From the NCBI GenBank assembly GCA_041687115.1, contig JAWLCP010000003.1:7315-71314 (forward strand): 64,000 bases of DNA, written 5' to 3'. A model generated the notes under the pieces. It was not told the DNA's origin. It was given only the letters and a program-made list of their open reading frames with translations, and did not search any database. Shown piece after piece: positions 49,117 through 59,168 of this stretch. Made by a program: the position numbers and the translations under genes. Position 1 is the stretch's first letter. Each line of letters begins with the position of its first letter. This DNA is from Anaerolineae bacterium (lineage in GTDB: Bacteria; Chloroflexota; Anaerolineae; B4-G1).

Positions 49117-50409
49117 CTACGACCCGTCGAGCTCCTGCAGGGCGGTCTGGGCCGGAAGCCAGCCCTCGTGGTACCGGAGGGCGGCCTTGAAATCCGACCG
49201 GGCGGCCTGGGTGTCGCCGAAGGCGACGCGGGCTTTACCACGCCAGTAGTAGGATTCCTCCAGGTTGTTCGCCGTGTTCAGGGTGGCGTTCGCCAGGGCG
49301 ATGACGTCGTCGTAGCGCCCGGCGGCGTGGTAGCTCTCGTAGGGGCCGAACTGGTACCAGAGCATGCGGTAGTGGAGGCCGAGCTGACGTGCTTGGTCGT
49401 AGGCGGCCGCCGCCTCCGCATGACGGTTCAGTGCGGTGAGGTTGGTGCCGATGTTGAAGTGGGAGAACGTGACCCAGTCGCCGCAGTCGGCGTAGGCGAC
49501 GCACGAGTCGTGGGGCTCGGCTGCCTCGGCGCGCGCCCTGTCCAGGGCTGCCTCGTACATGGTGGTATCGTCGATGTCTGGGCCGAGGAGGGTGGCCAGA
49601 TCCTCCCATCGCTCGGGCTGGTAGACGACCAGGTAGAGGCGGTTGAAGACACGCCATAACTCATCCATCTCTCGATAGCCGACGGTCACGTCGGGGCCGT
49701 TGAGCGAGTCGTACGTCAGAAAGTGCTGGGCCGCGTCGTCGTAACCGACGATCAGACGGTAGTGGCCGAGCTGATCGCGGGCGTCGCGCACGTGCCAGGT
49801 CTCGACCAGGACGGGGAACCCAGCACGCACAAGGGTCTTGAGCCGGTCCAGCGTCCCGTTGACGCGCACCGTGGCCTCTAGCCCCAAGTCCCGGGCGTAG
49901 GTGGCCATCTCCCACGGGCTGACGTTCTTGTCCTCGGGATCCGGCTTGAGAACCGGGGCGATATCCATCTGGGTCTCATCCCGGTCCCAGTAGGACAGGG
50001 CCATGGCCAGCGTGGTGGGCCCGCAGTTGTTCCAGCGCTGATGCTCGTGGCGGACGCCGGCAAGGCTGAAGGCGGCACGAGGTGTAGGGCTGGCCGTTGG
50101 CGACGGAGCCGGCGTGTCGGTAGGGTGCGGCGTGTCGGTGGCCGGCGGCATATCGGTCGGAGGCGGCGTCTGCGTGGGCGAGGGGCTCGGGCTGGGCGTC
50201 TCGGTCGGCGACGGACTGGGCTGGGTATGGGTGATGACGGGTGTGGGAAGGGTATCGGGGTGCGGGTTATGACGCATCTCCTGAAGCGGCTCCGGCAGGT
50301 ACACGGCATAGCGGCCGGGGAGGGCGCGGATGAGGGTCGGAGTAGCCAGCAAGGCCACACCCAGGACGACCAGGGCGCCGATCAAGATGACCGTCCGTGA
50401 GCTTTTCAT
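49117..50409 (-). CDS. Secreted peptidase-C39-like domain protein with Pro/Thr-rich linker and C-terminal TPR repeats.
   Basis: Signal/TM N-terminus. TPTPSPSP linker. WNNCGPTTLAMALSYW (C39-like catalytic Cys context). TPR-like helical repeats at the C-terminus. Confidence 0.6.
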   Translation of the reverse strand: MKSSRTVILIGALVVLGVALLATPTLIRALPGRYAVYLPEPLQEMRHNPHPDTLPTPVITHTQPSPSPTETPSPSPSPTQTPPPTDMPPATDTPHPTDTPAPSPTASPTPRAAFSLAGVRHEHQRWNNCGPTTLAMALSYWDRDETQMDIAPVLKPDPEDKNVSPWEMATYARDLGLEATVRVNGTLDRLKTLVRAGFPVLVETWHVRDARDQLGHYRLIVGYDDAAQHFLTYDSLNGPDVTVGYREMDELWRVFNRLYLVVYQPERWEDLATLLGPDIDDTTMYEAALDRARAEAAEPHDSCVAYADCGDWVTFSHFNIGTNLTALNRHAEAAAAYDQARQLGLHYRMLWYQFGPYESYHAAGRYDDVIALANATLNTANNLEESYYWRGKARVAFGDTQAARSDFKAALRYHEGWLPAQTALQELDGS

Positions 50410-50555
50410 GACGGTATGATACCCGGAAGTCGGTCGATCCGCCACCCTACGCCGCAGCGCCCACGACGATAGGTGAGCGGATGGTGCGCGTAGCCCCCGC
50501 CGGGCATGTCGCCCGGCGGGGGCACAGGTCGTAAACATCACGTTTGTGATTGCGG

Positions 50556-50837
50556 TCAGCCTCTAAGTCGGTCTCGAAGCTCCTCAAACTCAGCCGGGGT
50601 AATCTCCCCCGCTCCCAGCCGCCGCCGGGCGATCTCCAGCGGTTCCGGACCCATCTGCAGGCCCGTCGCGGCCGGCTGCCCAACCCGGCGCACCAGCCAG
50701 AACGCTCCCAGCGCCAGCAGCGCCACTAGACCGAGGAACAGGGTCACTCCGAATAGGGGGCCCAGCCACGCCAGGCCGCCCCAGCCCCCCATATGTCCCC
50801 AGCCTCCCCAACCCAAACCGCGCGCACAGAATCCCAT
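50556..50837 (-). CDS. SHOCT-domain small membrane protein.
   Basis: TM LFGVTLFLGLVALLALGAFW plus C-terminal GEITPAEFEELRDRL. GAAGGAGGG RBS. Confidence 0.55.
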   Translation of the reverse strand: MGFCARGLGWGGWGHMGGWGGLAWLGPLFGVTLFLGLVALLALGAFWLVRRVGQPAATGLQMGPEPLEIARRRLGAGEITPAEFEELRDRLRG

Positions 50838-50868
50838 CTTCCCTCCTTCGTATAGTTGTGCGTACGTG

Positions 50869-51090
50869 TCACGACTCTATCTGCTGACGAATCGCTTCGT
50901 GTTCCTCGCGGCTGATCTCGCCGCGGGCGAGACGCTCATCGAGCGTGTCACGGGCTGTCGGCTCTCGCCTTTGGCCAGACAGCCCGATGCCGCTCCCTTG
51001 ATGGCGGGCCAGTGCACCGCCCCCGACCAAGACGGCGACGAGGATGCCTCCAAATAGAATCAGGCCCAGGAAACCGAATAGCAGCATCAT
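50869..51090 (-). CDS. SHOCT-domain small membrane protein (paralog of the previous one).
   Basis: TM MMLLFGFLGLILFGGILVAVLV plus C-terminal GEISREEHEAIRQQI. GAAGGAGG RBS. Confidence 0.55.
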   Translation of the reverse strand: MMLLFGFLGLILFGGILVAVLVGGGALARHQGSGIGLSGQRREPTARDTLDERLARGEISREEHEAIRQQIES

Positions 51091-51328
51091 GTTTTCACCT
51101 CCTTCGCGATTGTGCCCCAGCGGGCACACCTTCCTTTTGCCTCGTCATTGTAGCGTACCGGTGGGTGCGCGACCAGAGGGATTTGGCCCGTCTGTGCCCC
51201 CGCCAAACGGCGGGGGCCGAGACTGGACGACGGACACGTTGGCCAACCTGTGGGCGGTGTGGACGCGGCCGACCTACCCGGAGATGGTGACCGATTCGAT
51301 ATGTGAAAACTATGTTACAGATGCAGAC

Positions 51329-51372
51329 TGCAAGAAAAGAGTCTTGCATTCCGTGCCGGTTTGTGGTATACT
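51329..51372 (+). promoter_or_regulatory. Sigma-70-type promoter TTGCAT-17-TATACT (with TG extension) overlapped by a 7-bp-arm palindrome TGCAAGA-N6-TCTTGCA. Positioned so that the RpiR transcript would be leaderless or near-leaderless.
   Basis: -35 at 51344-49. -10 at 51367-72. ATG at 51378. Palindrome at 51329-51348. Confidence 0.5.
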
Positions 51373-51377
51373 CGAGT

Positions 51378-52241
51378 ATGGCACGTGGAGACGGGATCCT
51401 CGATATGATAACCGCGGCCTTCCCCGATCTCCCTCGCGGGCAGAGGCAGGTTGCCCGTTTCATCGTCGACAATGGAACCTTCGTTGCATTCGCCTCAGCA
51501 ACAGAGTTGGCCGAACAGGCAGGCGTGAGTGCCGCGACCGTGGTGCGTTTCTGTCAGGCGATGGGATACGACGGCTATCCTCACCTTCGAGCAGCAGTTC
51601 GGGAGAGGTTCCGACGGTCTTTGACCACGGCCCAGCGCCTGGAGGAGCGGCTGCGCGCCCCGATTCCCAGGGACGATCTGCTGGCTCAGGTCTTCAGGAG
51701 AGGCATCCAGAACATCAAGTTCCTGATGGAGCAGATCGATCCGAGAGCCTTCGAGGCCGCGATCGATGAATTCGGTCGCGCGAACCACATCCTCGTGGTC
51801 GGCGGGGGACTTTCGGCATCCCCCGCTATGTTCCTCTCCCACTCCCTAAAGGTGATGGGATTCTCGGTCCAGGCGGTGACTACGGGGGGCATACCGCTGT
51901 CGCTGGAGCAGAGTGCCCTGGGACCAGACGATCTCTTGGTTGCCTTCGGATTCTGGAGGTACTTTCGGCATATTGTGGCGACCATGGAATGGGCTCAGAA
52001 GAGGGGAATCCCGAGAATTGCGGTCACCGACAGTGAGGTCTCTCCATTGGCCCAGTTGGCGGACCACGCCTTCATCGCGACCACCGATGGCGTCGGCCAC
52101 AGTGTGTCCCCACTCGCGTCCACCGCGTTGGTCGAAGCCTTCATTGCGGCACTCTCGTTCGGCAGACCTAAGGAGACACTTGCAGCCCTGCGTGACGTAG
52201 ACGCAGCCTACAGGGAGAGCGGCTTGCTACTGGAGGACTAG
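51378..52241 (+). CDS. RpiR/MurR-family transcriptional regulator (HTH + SIS domain).
   Basis: HTH_6: ELAEQAGVSAATVVRFCQAMGYDGY. SIS domain: ILVVGGGLSASPAMFLSHSL. Confidence 0.85.
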   Translation: MARGDGILDMITAAFPDLPRGQRQVARFIVDNGTFVAFASATELAEQAGVSAATVVRFCQAMGYDGYPHLRAAVRERFRRSLTTAQRLEERLRAPIPRDDLLAQVFRRGIQNIKFLMEQIDPRAFEAAIDEFGRANHILVVGGGLSASPAMFLSHSLKVMGFSVQAVTTGGIPLSLEQSALGPDDLLVAFGFWRYFRHIVATMEWAQKRGIPRIAVTDSEVSPLAQLADHAFIATTDGVGHSVSPLASTALVEAFIAALSFGRPKETLAALRDVDAAYRESGLLLED

Positions 52242-52692
52242 TCTCGGCGATTTGAAGACAGGTGAGTCAGGAAGTTCGGCAGGGCGGCAGCCCTGCGCCT
52301 TGTCAATCAGATCCGCATGGCACGACCCAGATCCATACTCTATGACAGGTGCGCCGGGGACCACCAGGTTCCGGTTCTAGGCTGCGAGAGCCGTGCTCTT
52401 CGGGCGGGTCGCAACTAGGCATCTGATGAGCTGGGTGGACAAGGCAGCGAAGGACCCACGCCCGCCGCGGTGTCGTGGATGGTGTGTTGAGTGCAGTGGA
52501 CCGCGACGCGGGCATCAGACCATCAGGAGGTGAACAGCGCCAGAACATATGACAGCTCGTGGGAAACAGGTGTGTCCGTCGACGAGATCGACATCCAACA
52601 AAGGAGGTGACTGCGGACACAGATGAGGGCGTAGCGGAATCGACGCACTGGTTTTGAGTCACGTCTTGAAGCTCGAAAAAGGAGGACGTATC

Positions 52693-54402
52693 GTGTTCAA
52701 TGCGAAGAGAACCATTCTAGTAGTCACATCCCTCCTTCTGCTGATAGCGTCGCTGGTCGGCTGTGCCGCTCCTACCGTTGAAGAGGTGGAGCGAGTCGTC
52801 GAGAGCACGGTAGAAGTGGAGAAGACAGTGGAAGTGGAGAAGACCGTGGAGGTGGTGGTGACACCTACCTCTCCTCCCGCCCGCGACACGCTCACTGTAG
52901 CAATGGCGGCCGCGCCTACTTCCCTGGATCCAGCGGATCATCGCAGCCGCGAATCCGAGACGGTGATTCGCAACATGTTCGATGGACTCGTTACTCGGGA
53001 CACCCGCAGCGGCGTTCACATGGAGCTGGCTGAATCGATGGAGTGGGTGGATGAGGAGACGCTGGAGGTCAAGCTGCGTGAGGGCGTCTTGTTCCACGAT
53101 GGCCAGGAGATGACCGCCGATGATGTCGTCTTCACCTTCGAGCGAATCATCAACGAGAATCAGATCGAGTATCCCGAGCCCCATACCTCTCCCCGCAAGG
53201 GTCTTATCGCCCCTCTGGAATCGATCGAGAAGACGGATGACTATGCGGTCGTGATGCACTTCAGTGGCGCCTGGCCGCCAGCGATGCAGATGCTCGTCCA
53301 CCAGCAGATCGTGCCGAAGCATTACCTGGAGGAGGTTGGTACCGAGGGGTTCATCGAACATCCCATCGGCACGGGCCCCTTCAAGTTCGTATCCGCCGAA
53401 GGCTTGGAAGAGATCGTCATGGAACGCTTCGATGATTACTACGGTGGGGCCCCGGGCCTGGAGCCAGTGGGACCAGCCTGTGTGAAGACGGCTGTCTTCC
53501 GCGTCATCCCCGAGGCATCGTCGCGAGTGGCGAGTCTGCTGGCCCGTGAGGTGGATATCATCCAATCTACACCCCCGGAGATGATCGACACCTTGGCCCA
53601 GACACCGGGCATTCAGGTCAAGACAGCGCCAAGCACTCAGCCCAAGTGGATGGAGATGAACGTCAGCATGCCACCCTTCGACGACATGCGCGTGCGCCAG
53701 GCGATGAACCTCGCGGTCGACAAGGAGCTGATCATTGATGCGCTCTACGGCGGAAGGGCTGTTGCCCTTCCTGGACCTCTGTCACCGTACAACAACTTCG
53801 TCAACGAGGATCTGGAACCCTACCCTTACGATCCTGAGATGGCGCTGGACCTGTTGGAGGAAGCTGGCTGGACGGACTCCGATGGTGATGGCACCCTGGA
53901 CAAGGACGGTCAGCCCTTCGCCTTCACGATTGACACAATTGAAGATTGGCGATCGTTGGCGGAGGCGGTGGCCGACCAGTTCCGCGCGATCGGAATCGAT
54001 GCTGGTGTTCGGTTCTGGGAGTATAGCGTCGTAAAGCCCATGCTCCTGGCCGGCGAGCGCACCGCGTACTTGGACGACTGGGGAGACTCGGCGTTCGATC
54101 CCGTCGGCCACTTCGAGGCGAAGTGGCACGGGCAGGTGGAAGGGGAGCCGTACGGACGTGGGAACTTCTCGACGTACAACAACGAACGGGTGAACGAGCT
54201 CATCAAGCAAGGCGAGACAACGGCTGATCCGACCCAGCGGCAGGAGATCTACGATGAGGCCCAGGAGATTGTCTACGAGGAGGCGCCTGCGGTGTTCTTG
54301 ATTTTGCCGGAGGAGGCCGAGGCTGCATTGGACGACATTCAGAACTGGGAGCCAGCCTCTGACAGCCGGATCAACCTACACGACGTGTGCATTGGGGAGT
54401 GA
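52693..54402 (+). CDS. ABC transporter substrate-binding lipoprotein, family 5 (Dpp/Opp/Nik-type).
   Basis: GTG start after AAAGGAGG. Lipobox LVGC. SBP_bac_5-type length and motifs. Confidence 0.85.
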   Translation: MFNAKRTILVVTSLLLLIASLVGCAAPTVEEVERVVESTVEVEKTVEVEKTVEVVVTPTSPPARDTLTVAMAAAPTSLDPADHRSRESETVIRNMFDGLVTRDTRSGVHMELAESMEWVDEETLEVKLREGVLFHDGQEMTADDVVFTFERIINENQIEYPEPHTSPRKGLIAPLESIEKTDDYAVVMHFSGAWPPAMQMLVHQQIVPKHYLEEVGTEGFIEHPIGTGPFKFVSAEGLEEIVMERFDDYYGGAPGLEPVGPACVKTAVFRVIPEASSRVASLLAREVDIIQSTPPEMIDTLAQTPGIQVKTAPSTQPKWMEMNVSMPPFDDMRVRQAMNLAVDKELIIDALYGGRAVALPGPLSPYNNFVNEDLEPYPYDPEMALDLLEEAGWTDSDGDGTLDKDGQPFAFTIDTIEDWRSLAEAVADQFRAIGIDAGVRFWEYSVVKPMLLAGERTAYLDDWGDSAFDPVGHFEAKWHGQVEGEPYGRGNFSTYNNERVNELIKQGETTADPTQRQEIYDEAQEIVYEEAPAVFLILPEEAEAALDDIQNWEPASDSRINLHDVCIGE

Positions 54403-54606
54403 CCCCTTTCTGACCGGTCAGCACGTTGGCTGATCTAGACGATCAGGGATCAAGGCGACTTTCTGCCTGATCCCTGATCGAATCCGAGGGAACCAGGCTG
54501 TTGTAGGTGTCGACGTGCGTTTCTGTACGTCTTGAGGGCGTTTTCATAGGCGGGCGGCGTGAGGCCTGATGCGATCGCCGGAATGGGCATCCAGAAAGGG
54601 TATTGT

Positions 54607-55617
54607 ATGCGTGCCATAAAGATTCTAGAACGCGTGCTGATTACCATACCAATTATGTTCGGCGTAGCTGTCATGGTCTTCTTTTTCATGCGGCTGACGC
54701 CCGGCGACCCGGTGGATATCATGATGGGCCAAGGTGGCGCGGTAAGCGCGGGTGAGATCGAGAACTTGAGGCGGGAGTTCCATCTTGACCAGCCGCTTCA
54801 CATCCAGCTGTGGCTGTTCTTCAGAGACGCCGGACGCGGCGATCTCGGGTATTCATACATCCAGAAGCGGCCGGTTAGGGAGCTCATCGCGGAACGGCTC
54901 CCGGCAACCATCGAACTGGCCGGAGGGGCGCTGCTCTTCGCTCTCATCGTTGCCATCCCGGTGGGTATTGTATCGGCCGTCAAGCAGAACTCCTTGGTGG
55001 ACCAATTCAGTATGGCTGGCGCCTTCATCGGCACCTCCATGCCGGCGTTTTGGTTGGGCATCGTCCTGATCCTGCTATTCTCCGTGCGCTTGCGCTGGCT
55101 CCCCGTCCAGGGCCGTGTCAGCTTCGGGGCGGGGCTGGAGAAGGTCACGGGCTTCTACGTCTTGGATAGCATCTTGACCGGGAACACGGCTGCCTTGATC
55201 AGCAGCTTGAGGCACTTGGTCCTCCCCTCGGTGGCGCTGGGGGCGACGGTGGCAGCCATCGTTGCCCGCGTGCTCCGCTCCAGCATGGTGGAGATCCTGC
55301 GGCAGGATTACATCACTCTGGCACGGGCCAAAGGGCAGAGCGAGTTCTTGGTGGTGATGAAGCATGCCCTGCGCAACGCCCTGATTCCGACTGTGACGGT
55401 TGTGGGCCTACAAGTGGGTTCTCTGTTGGGGGGGAACATGATCGTGGAAACGGTCTTCGGGTGGCCTGGCCTAGGACGCATGGTCGTGTTGGCCATCTTC
55501 AACCGGGACTTTCCTCTGATACAAGGTACCGTGATGGTCTATGCCTTCACGTATGTGATGGCTAACCTGGTTGTGGATATTCTTTACACGTACCTGAACC
55601 CCAAGATCACTCTCTGA
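54607..55617 (+). CDS. ABC transporter permease (DppB/OppB/NikB-type).
   Basis: BPD_transp_1 EAA-like loop ITLARAKGQSE. Six TM helices. Confidence 0.85.
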   Translation: MRAIKILERVLITIPIMFGVAVMVFFFMRLTPGDPVDIMMGQGGAVSAGEIENLRREFHLDQPLHIQLWLFFRDAGRGDLGYSYIQKRPVRELIAERLPATIELAGGALLFALIVAIPVGIVSAVKQNSLVDQFSMAGAFIGTSMPAFWLGIVLILLFSVRLRWLPVQGRVSFGAGLEKVTGFYVLDSILTGNTAALISSLRHLVLPSVALGATVAAIVARVLRSSMVEILRQDYITLARAKGQSEFLVVMKHALRNALIPTVTVVGLQVGSLLGGNMIVETVFGWPGLGRMVVLAIFNRDFPLIQGTVMVYAFTYVMANLVVDILYTYLNPKITL

Positions 55618-55650
55618 GCGGATGCTGGTGACGGGCAACTGAGGAGGACT

Positions 55651-56586
55651 ATGGAGCTCACACCCGCTGCTGAGGAACCTATCAAACGCGGAATACACGT
55701 CCTGGAGGTGCGGCTTCGCCTGCTGTGCAGCAATACGGTGTACCTGTGTGGACGCTTCCGCACCCGCCCGCTGGCGATACTCGGAGGCATCGTCGTTCTG
55801 GTGTACTTGCTGGCTGCCGTCTTTGCCCCGCAGCTTACGTCGCACGACCCTACGGAAGGAAACCTCCGGGTGCGTCTCCGGCCGCCGATGTGGACGGAGG
55901 GCGGCGACGCAGCTTATCCGCTGGGTACGGACGACCAGGGGCGGGATTTGCTGACGCGCATCACTTTTGGATCCCGGATCTCGCTGCTGGTTGGTTTGCT
56001 GGCGGTGGGAATCTCGGTGGCGATCGGGACTACGCTGGGAGCGCTGGCCGGCTACTATCGTGGGCTGCTCGACAATGTGCTGTCGCGCTTCGCCGACTTG
56101 CTGCTGGCCTTCCCCTATCTCATCTTCGCGATCGCCGTCATGGCTTTTCTCGGCCCCGGGTTTGTGAACTTACTCATGGCCCTGACATTCAAGGGGTGGG
56201 TGGAGTTCTTCCGCCTGGTGCGAGGAGAGATGATGTCGGAGAAAACGAAGGAGTACGTGCAGGCGGCCAAGGTGATGGGACAGGCTCCGCTGGTCATCGT
56301 CGCAAGCGAGATTATTCCCAATATCGTCCAGTCGGTCTTTGTGCTGGCCACCCTGCGTACAGGGTACATGATCATCATGGAGGCGAGTCTGAGCTTCCTC
56401 GGCCTGGGCATTCAGCCCCCCACGCCGGCATGGGGTTCGATGGTGGCGGCCGGAAGAGATTACTTGCTCACTGCTTGGTGGGCTTCTACACTGCCTGGGA
56501 TCGCCATTTTGATCCTGGTTCTGTCTATCAACATCTTCGGGGAGGGGTTGAGAGATATTCTCGATCCACGACTGAGAATCGAGTGA
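55651..56586 (+). CDS. ABC transporter permease (DppC/OppC/NikC-type).
   Basis: TM core with EAA-loop YVQAAKVMGQAP. Confidence 0.85.
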   Translation: MELTPAAEEPIKRGIHVLEVRLRLLCSNTVYLCGRFRTRPLAILGGIVVLVYLLAAVFAPQLTSHDPTEGNLRVRLRPPMWTEGGDAAYPLGTDDQGRDLLTRITFGSRISLLVGLLAVGISVAIGTTLGALAGYYRGLLDNVLSRFADLLLAFPYLIFAIAVMAFLGPGFVNLLMALTFKGWVEFFRLVRGEMMSEKTKEYVQAAKVMGQAPLVIVASEIIPNIVQSVFVLATLRTGYMIIMEASLSFLGLGIQPPTPAWGSMVAAGRDYLLTAWWASTLPGIAILILVLSINIFGEGLRDILDPRLRIE

Positions 56587-56620
56587 GGCGAGGCCGTTGG
56601 CTGGATTGCGGCCGTAAGGG

Positions 56621-58066
56621 TTGGGAATGACGTTGCTGCGTGTCCTGGGGGAGCGCGAGGTAGGGCGGATTCACGAGCACGCGCTTCACGTTCTGGCTGA
56701 GACGGGGCTCCTGATCCACGACGATGAGGTGGTGACACGGCTGACAGAGGCGGGAGCCCTGGTGCACCACGAGAATGGCAGGCGTCGAGTGACCATACCG
56801 AGCCAGGTGGTAGAGGATGGGCTGGGTGAGGCACCTAAGGTGGTGACGCTCTACAACCGGATGGGAGAAGAGGCTATGGTTCTCGGCTCCGGCCGGCTTC
56901 ACGCTCGCAGCTCGAGCGGTGCCACGGCCATGCTTGACCAAGATGGCGGGCAGCGTCGCAAGGCCACGCGCCAGGACGCGGCGCATGCTGTCCGATTGGC
57001 GGACAGTCTGTCGAACGTGCACGGGGTGAGCACGATGGCGGTGCAGCCGGCGGACGTGCCTGCCAGCACTGTCGACGTGCATACCGTGAGGCTTGCTCTG
57101 GCGAATACAGCGAAGCCGTTGGGCTACGTCTGCCTCAACGAAGGGTTGATCGAAGCCGTGGTGGCGATGGTGGCCGTCGTCGCGGGGGGCGAGAAGCGTC
57201 TGAGGGATCGCCCCATGATCACTGCCCTGGCGGAATCCACGTCTCCGCTGCAACTGGTTTCAAGCCAGCTCAGTGTGCTCAAGGCATTTGCCTCGCGGCG
57301 CCTGCCGCTGACCCTTCACGCTCACCCAATAGCTGGTCTCACAGCACCGGTGACGCTGGCAGGCGAGCTGGTGATCACGCACGCCGAGGTCCTGGGGTTG
57401 ATGACGATTGCCCAATTGATCGGGCCGGGCACTCCGGTCGTGTACGGTATGTCATCGTCGGTGCCGGACATGCGGAACGCGGCGAACCTGTCCGGTGCCG
57501 TGGAGATCGGACTGTTGGGCGTGGCCGTGTCTCAGCTGGCGCGGCACTGTGGGGTGCCCTGCGTCGTGAGCAGTGGGAGCGATGCCCATCAGCCAGGTGC
57601 TCAGAGCGTGATGGAGCGTCTCATGACGCTCTTGCCGCCAGCCCTGGCAGGGGTGGGTTTGATCAACCTCTCGACTCTGGAGACGAAGATGTCTTTCAGC
57701 CTGGAGCAACTGGTGATCGACGATGCCATTGTGGGCATGGTTCAGCGCTTTCTACGGGGGATCGCCGTCGAGGGGGAGACCCTGGCGCTCGATCTGATCA
57801 AGCGGGTAGGGCCAGCTGGTTCTTTCGTGGCGGAGGAGCACACGTTTGAGTACTACCGGGACGAACTGCTGACGTGCGAGCTCATTGAGCACCAACCGAG
57901 AGAGGCATGGCAGGCGGCGGGCGCGCCGGACCTGGAGAGCAGGGCTGGAGAGAAGGTGGAGCGCCTACTGGCAGAGCATCAACCCTCTCCCCTGCCATCG
58001 AGCGTGGTTGCAGAGCTTGATGACATCGTAGACGCGGTCGAGGATGAAGGTGGTTCGCCATGGTGA
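56621..58066 (+). CDS. MttB-superfamily (trimethylamine methyltransferase-like, non-Pyl) corrinoid-dependent methyltransferase, embedded inside the ABC transporter operon.
   Basis: N-terminal L..EREVGRIHEHALHVLAETGL matches the MttB/MtgB family N-terminus. About 480 aa. No in-frame amber. Stop overlaps the next gene (ATGGTGA). Confidence 0.75.
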   Translation: MGMTLLRVLGEREVGRIHEHALHVLAETGLLIHDDEVVTRLTEAGALVHHENGRRRVTIPSQVVEDGLGEAPKVVTLYNRMGEEAMVLGSGRLHARSSSGATAMLDQDGGQRRKATRQDAAHAVRLADSLSNVHGVSTMAVQPADVPASTVDVHTVRLALANTAKPLGYVCLNEGLIEAVVAMVAVVAGGEKRLRDRPMITALAESTSPLQLVSSQLSVLKAFASRRLPLTLHAHPIAGLTAPVTLAGELVITHAEVLGLMTIAQLIGPGTPVVYGMSSSVPDMRNAANLSGAVEIGLLGVAVSQLARHCGVPCVVSSGSDAHQPGAQSVMERLMTLLPPALAGVGLINLSTLETKMSFSLEQLVIDDAIVGMVQRFLRGIAVEGETLALDLIKRVGPAGSFVAEEHTFEYYRDELLTCELIEHQPREAWQAAGAPDLESRAGEKVERLLAEHQPSPLPSSVVAELDDIVDAVEDEGGSPW

Positions 58067-59130
58067 AACATGTTCGCACGAGTCAGACACTTGCCGACGT
58101 GAAAGGGCAGGCAATGGACAGGTCTCCCGCTCCACTGCTGGAATTGGATAACCTGACCACGGTATTCCCCACCCAGCGTGGTCCGGTGCGGGCCGTCGAC
58201 GGCCTGAGCTTTCGCCTGCATGAAGGGGAGAGACTGGGGATTGTCGGGGAGTCCGGATCGGGTAAGACGGTCACGCTACTATCCATCCTTCGCCTGGTAC
58301 CTCACCCGGGGAAGATCGTAGACGGGGAGGTGTGGTACGGCGAGGAGAGTCTCCCTGGGATGTCGACCAGGGAGATACGTCAGCTGCGGGGCAAAGACAT
58401 CGCCATGGTCTTCCAGGATCCGATGACGACGCTGAACCCTGCCTTCCTGGTGGGTGACCAGATTCGTGAGTCGTTGAGGATCCACCACATTGTTCCCCGC
58501 TCGAATGGGGTCTTCTCGTGGTTGTTCGATCGAAAGGCCAAGGAGGCGGAGTGGGAGCGGGTGTTGCGGGCGATGAAGGATGTGGGGATCCCGGTGCCTG
58601 CCCAGACCGCCCACCGCTACCCGCATCAGTTCAGTGGTGGCATGCAGCAGCGCGCCTTGACGGCCATCGCACTGGCGTGTGAACCGCACGTCCTCCTGGC
58701 CGATGAGCCGACGACGGCTCTCGACGTGACGATACAGGCACAGATCCTGGACTTGCTCGCAAGGATCAACAAGACGCATGGCACAGCCATTATCCTCGTG
58801 ACCCACAATCTGAGCGTTGTGGCTGAGTTTTGTCAGACCATCGTCGTGATGTACGCCGGGCAGCTGATGGAGAAAGGGTCGGTTGACCAGATCATCGAAG
58901 ATCCGAGGCACCCGTACACGCGCGGTCTGTTGCGCTGCCTGCCCAGAATCAGCGACCGGCGAGAGAGGATCATGCCGATTCCCGGTCTGGTGCCCGATCT
59001 GGCCAAACTGCCGCCGGGGTGTCCTTTCGCGCCGCGGTGTGACCGCAGTCTGCCCGAATGCTCAGAGGTTGGGAGAGTCCCGCTGAGGGCCCTGGGTGAC
59101 GGTCAATTGGTCCGTTGCCTTCTGTACTAG
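58060..59130 (+). CDS. ABC transporter ATP-binding protein (DppD/OppD/NikD-type).
   Basis: Walker A GESGSGKT. Signature FSGGMQQR. Walker B LLADEPTTALD. Oligopeptide C-terminal domain. Confidence 0.88.
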   Translation: MVKHVRTSQTLADVKGQAMDRSPAPLLELDNLTTVFPTQRGPVRAVDGLSFRLHEGERLGIVGESGSGKTVTLLSILRLVPHPGKIVDGEVWYGEESLPGMSTREIRQLRGKDIAMVFQDPMTTLNPAFLVGDQIRESLRIHHIVPRSNGVFSWLFDRKAKEAEWERVLRAMKDVGIPVPAQTAHRYPHQFSGGMQQRALTAIALACEPHVLLADEPTTALDVTIQAQILDLLARINKTHGTAIILVTHNLSVVAEFCQTIVVMYAGQLMEKGSVDQIIEDPRHPYTRGLLRCLPRISDRRERIMPIPGLVPDLAKLPPGCPFAPRCDRSLPECSEVGRVPLRALGDGQLVRCLLY

Positions 59131-59168
59131 CTCTTAGAGGCGCGAGGTGCTGCTGGAGGAGGCCTGAT

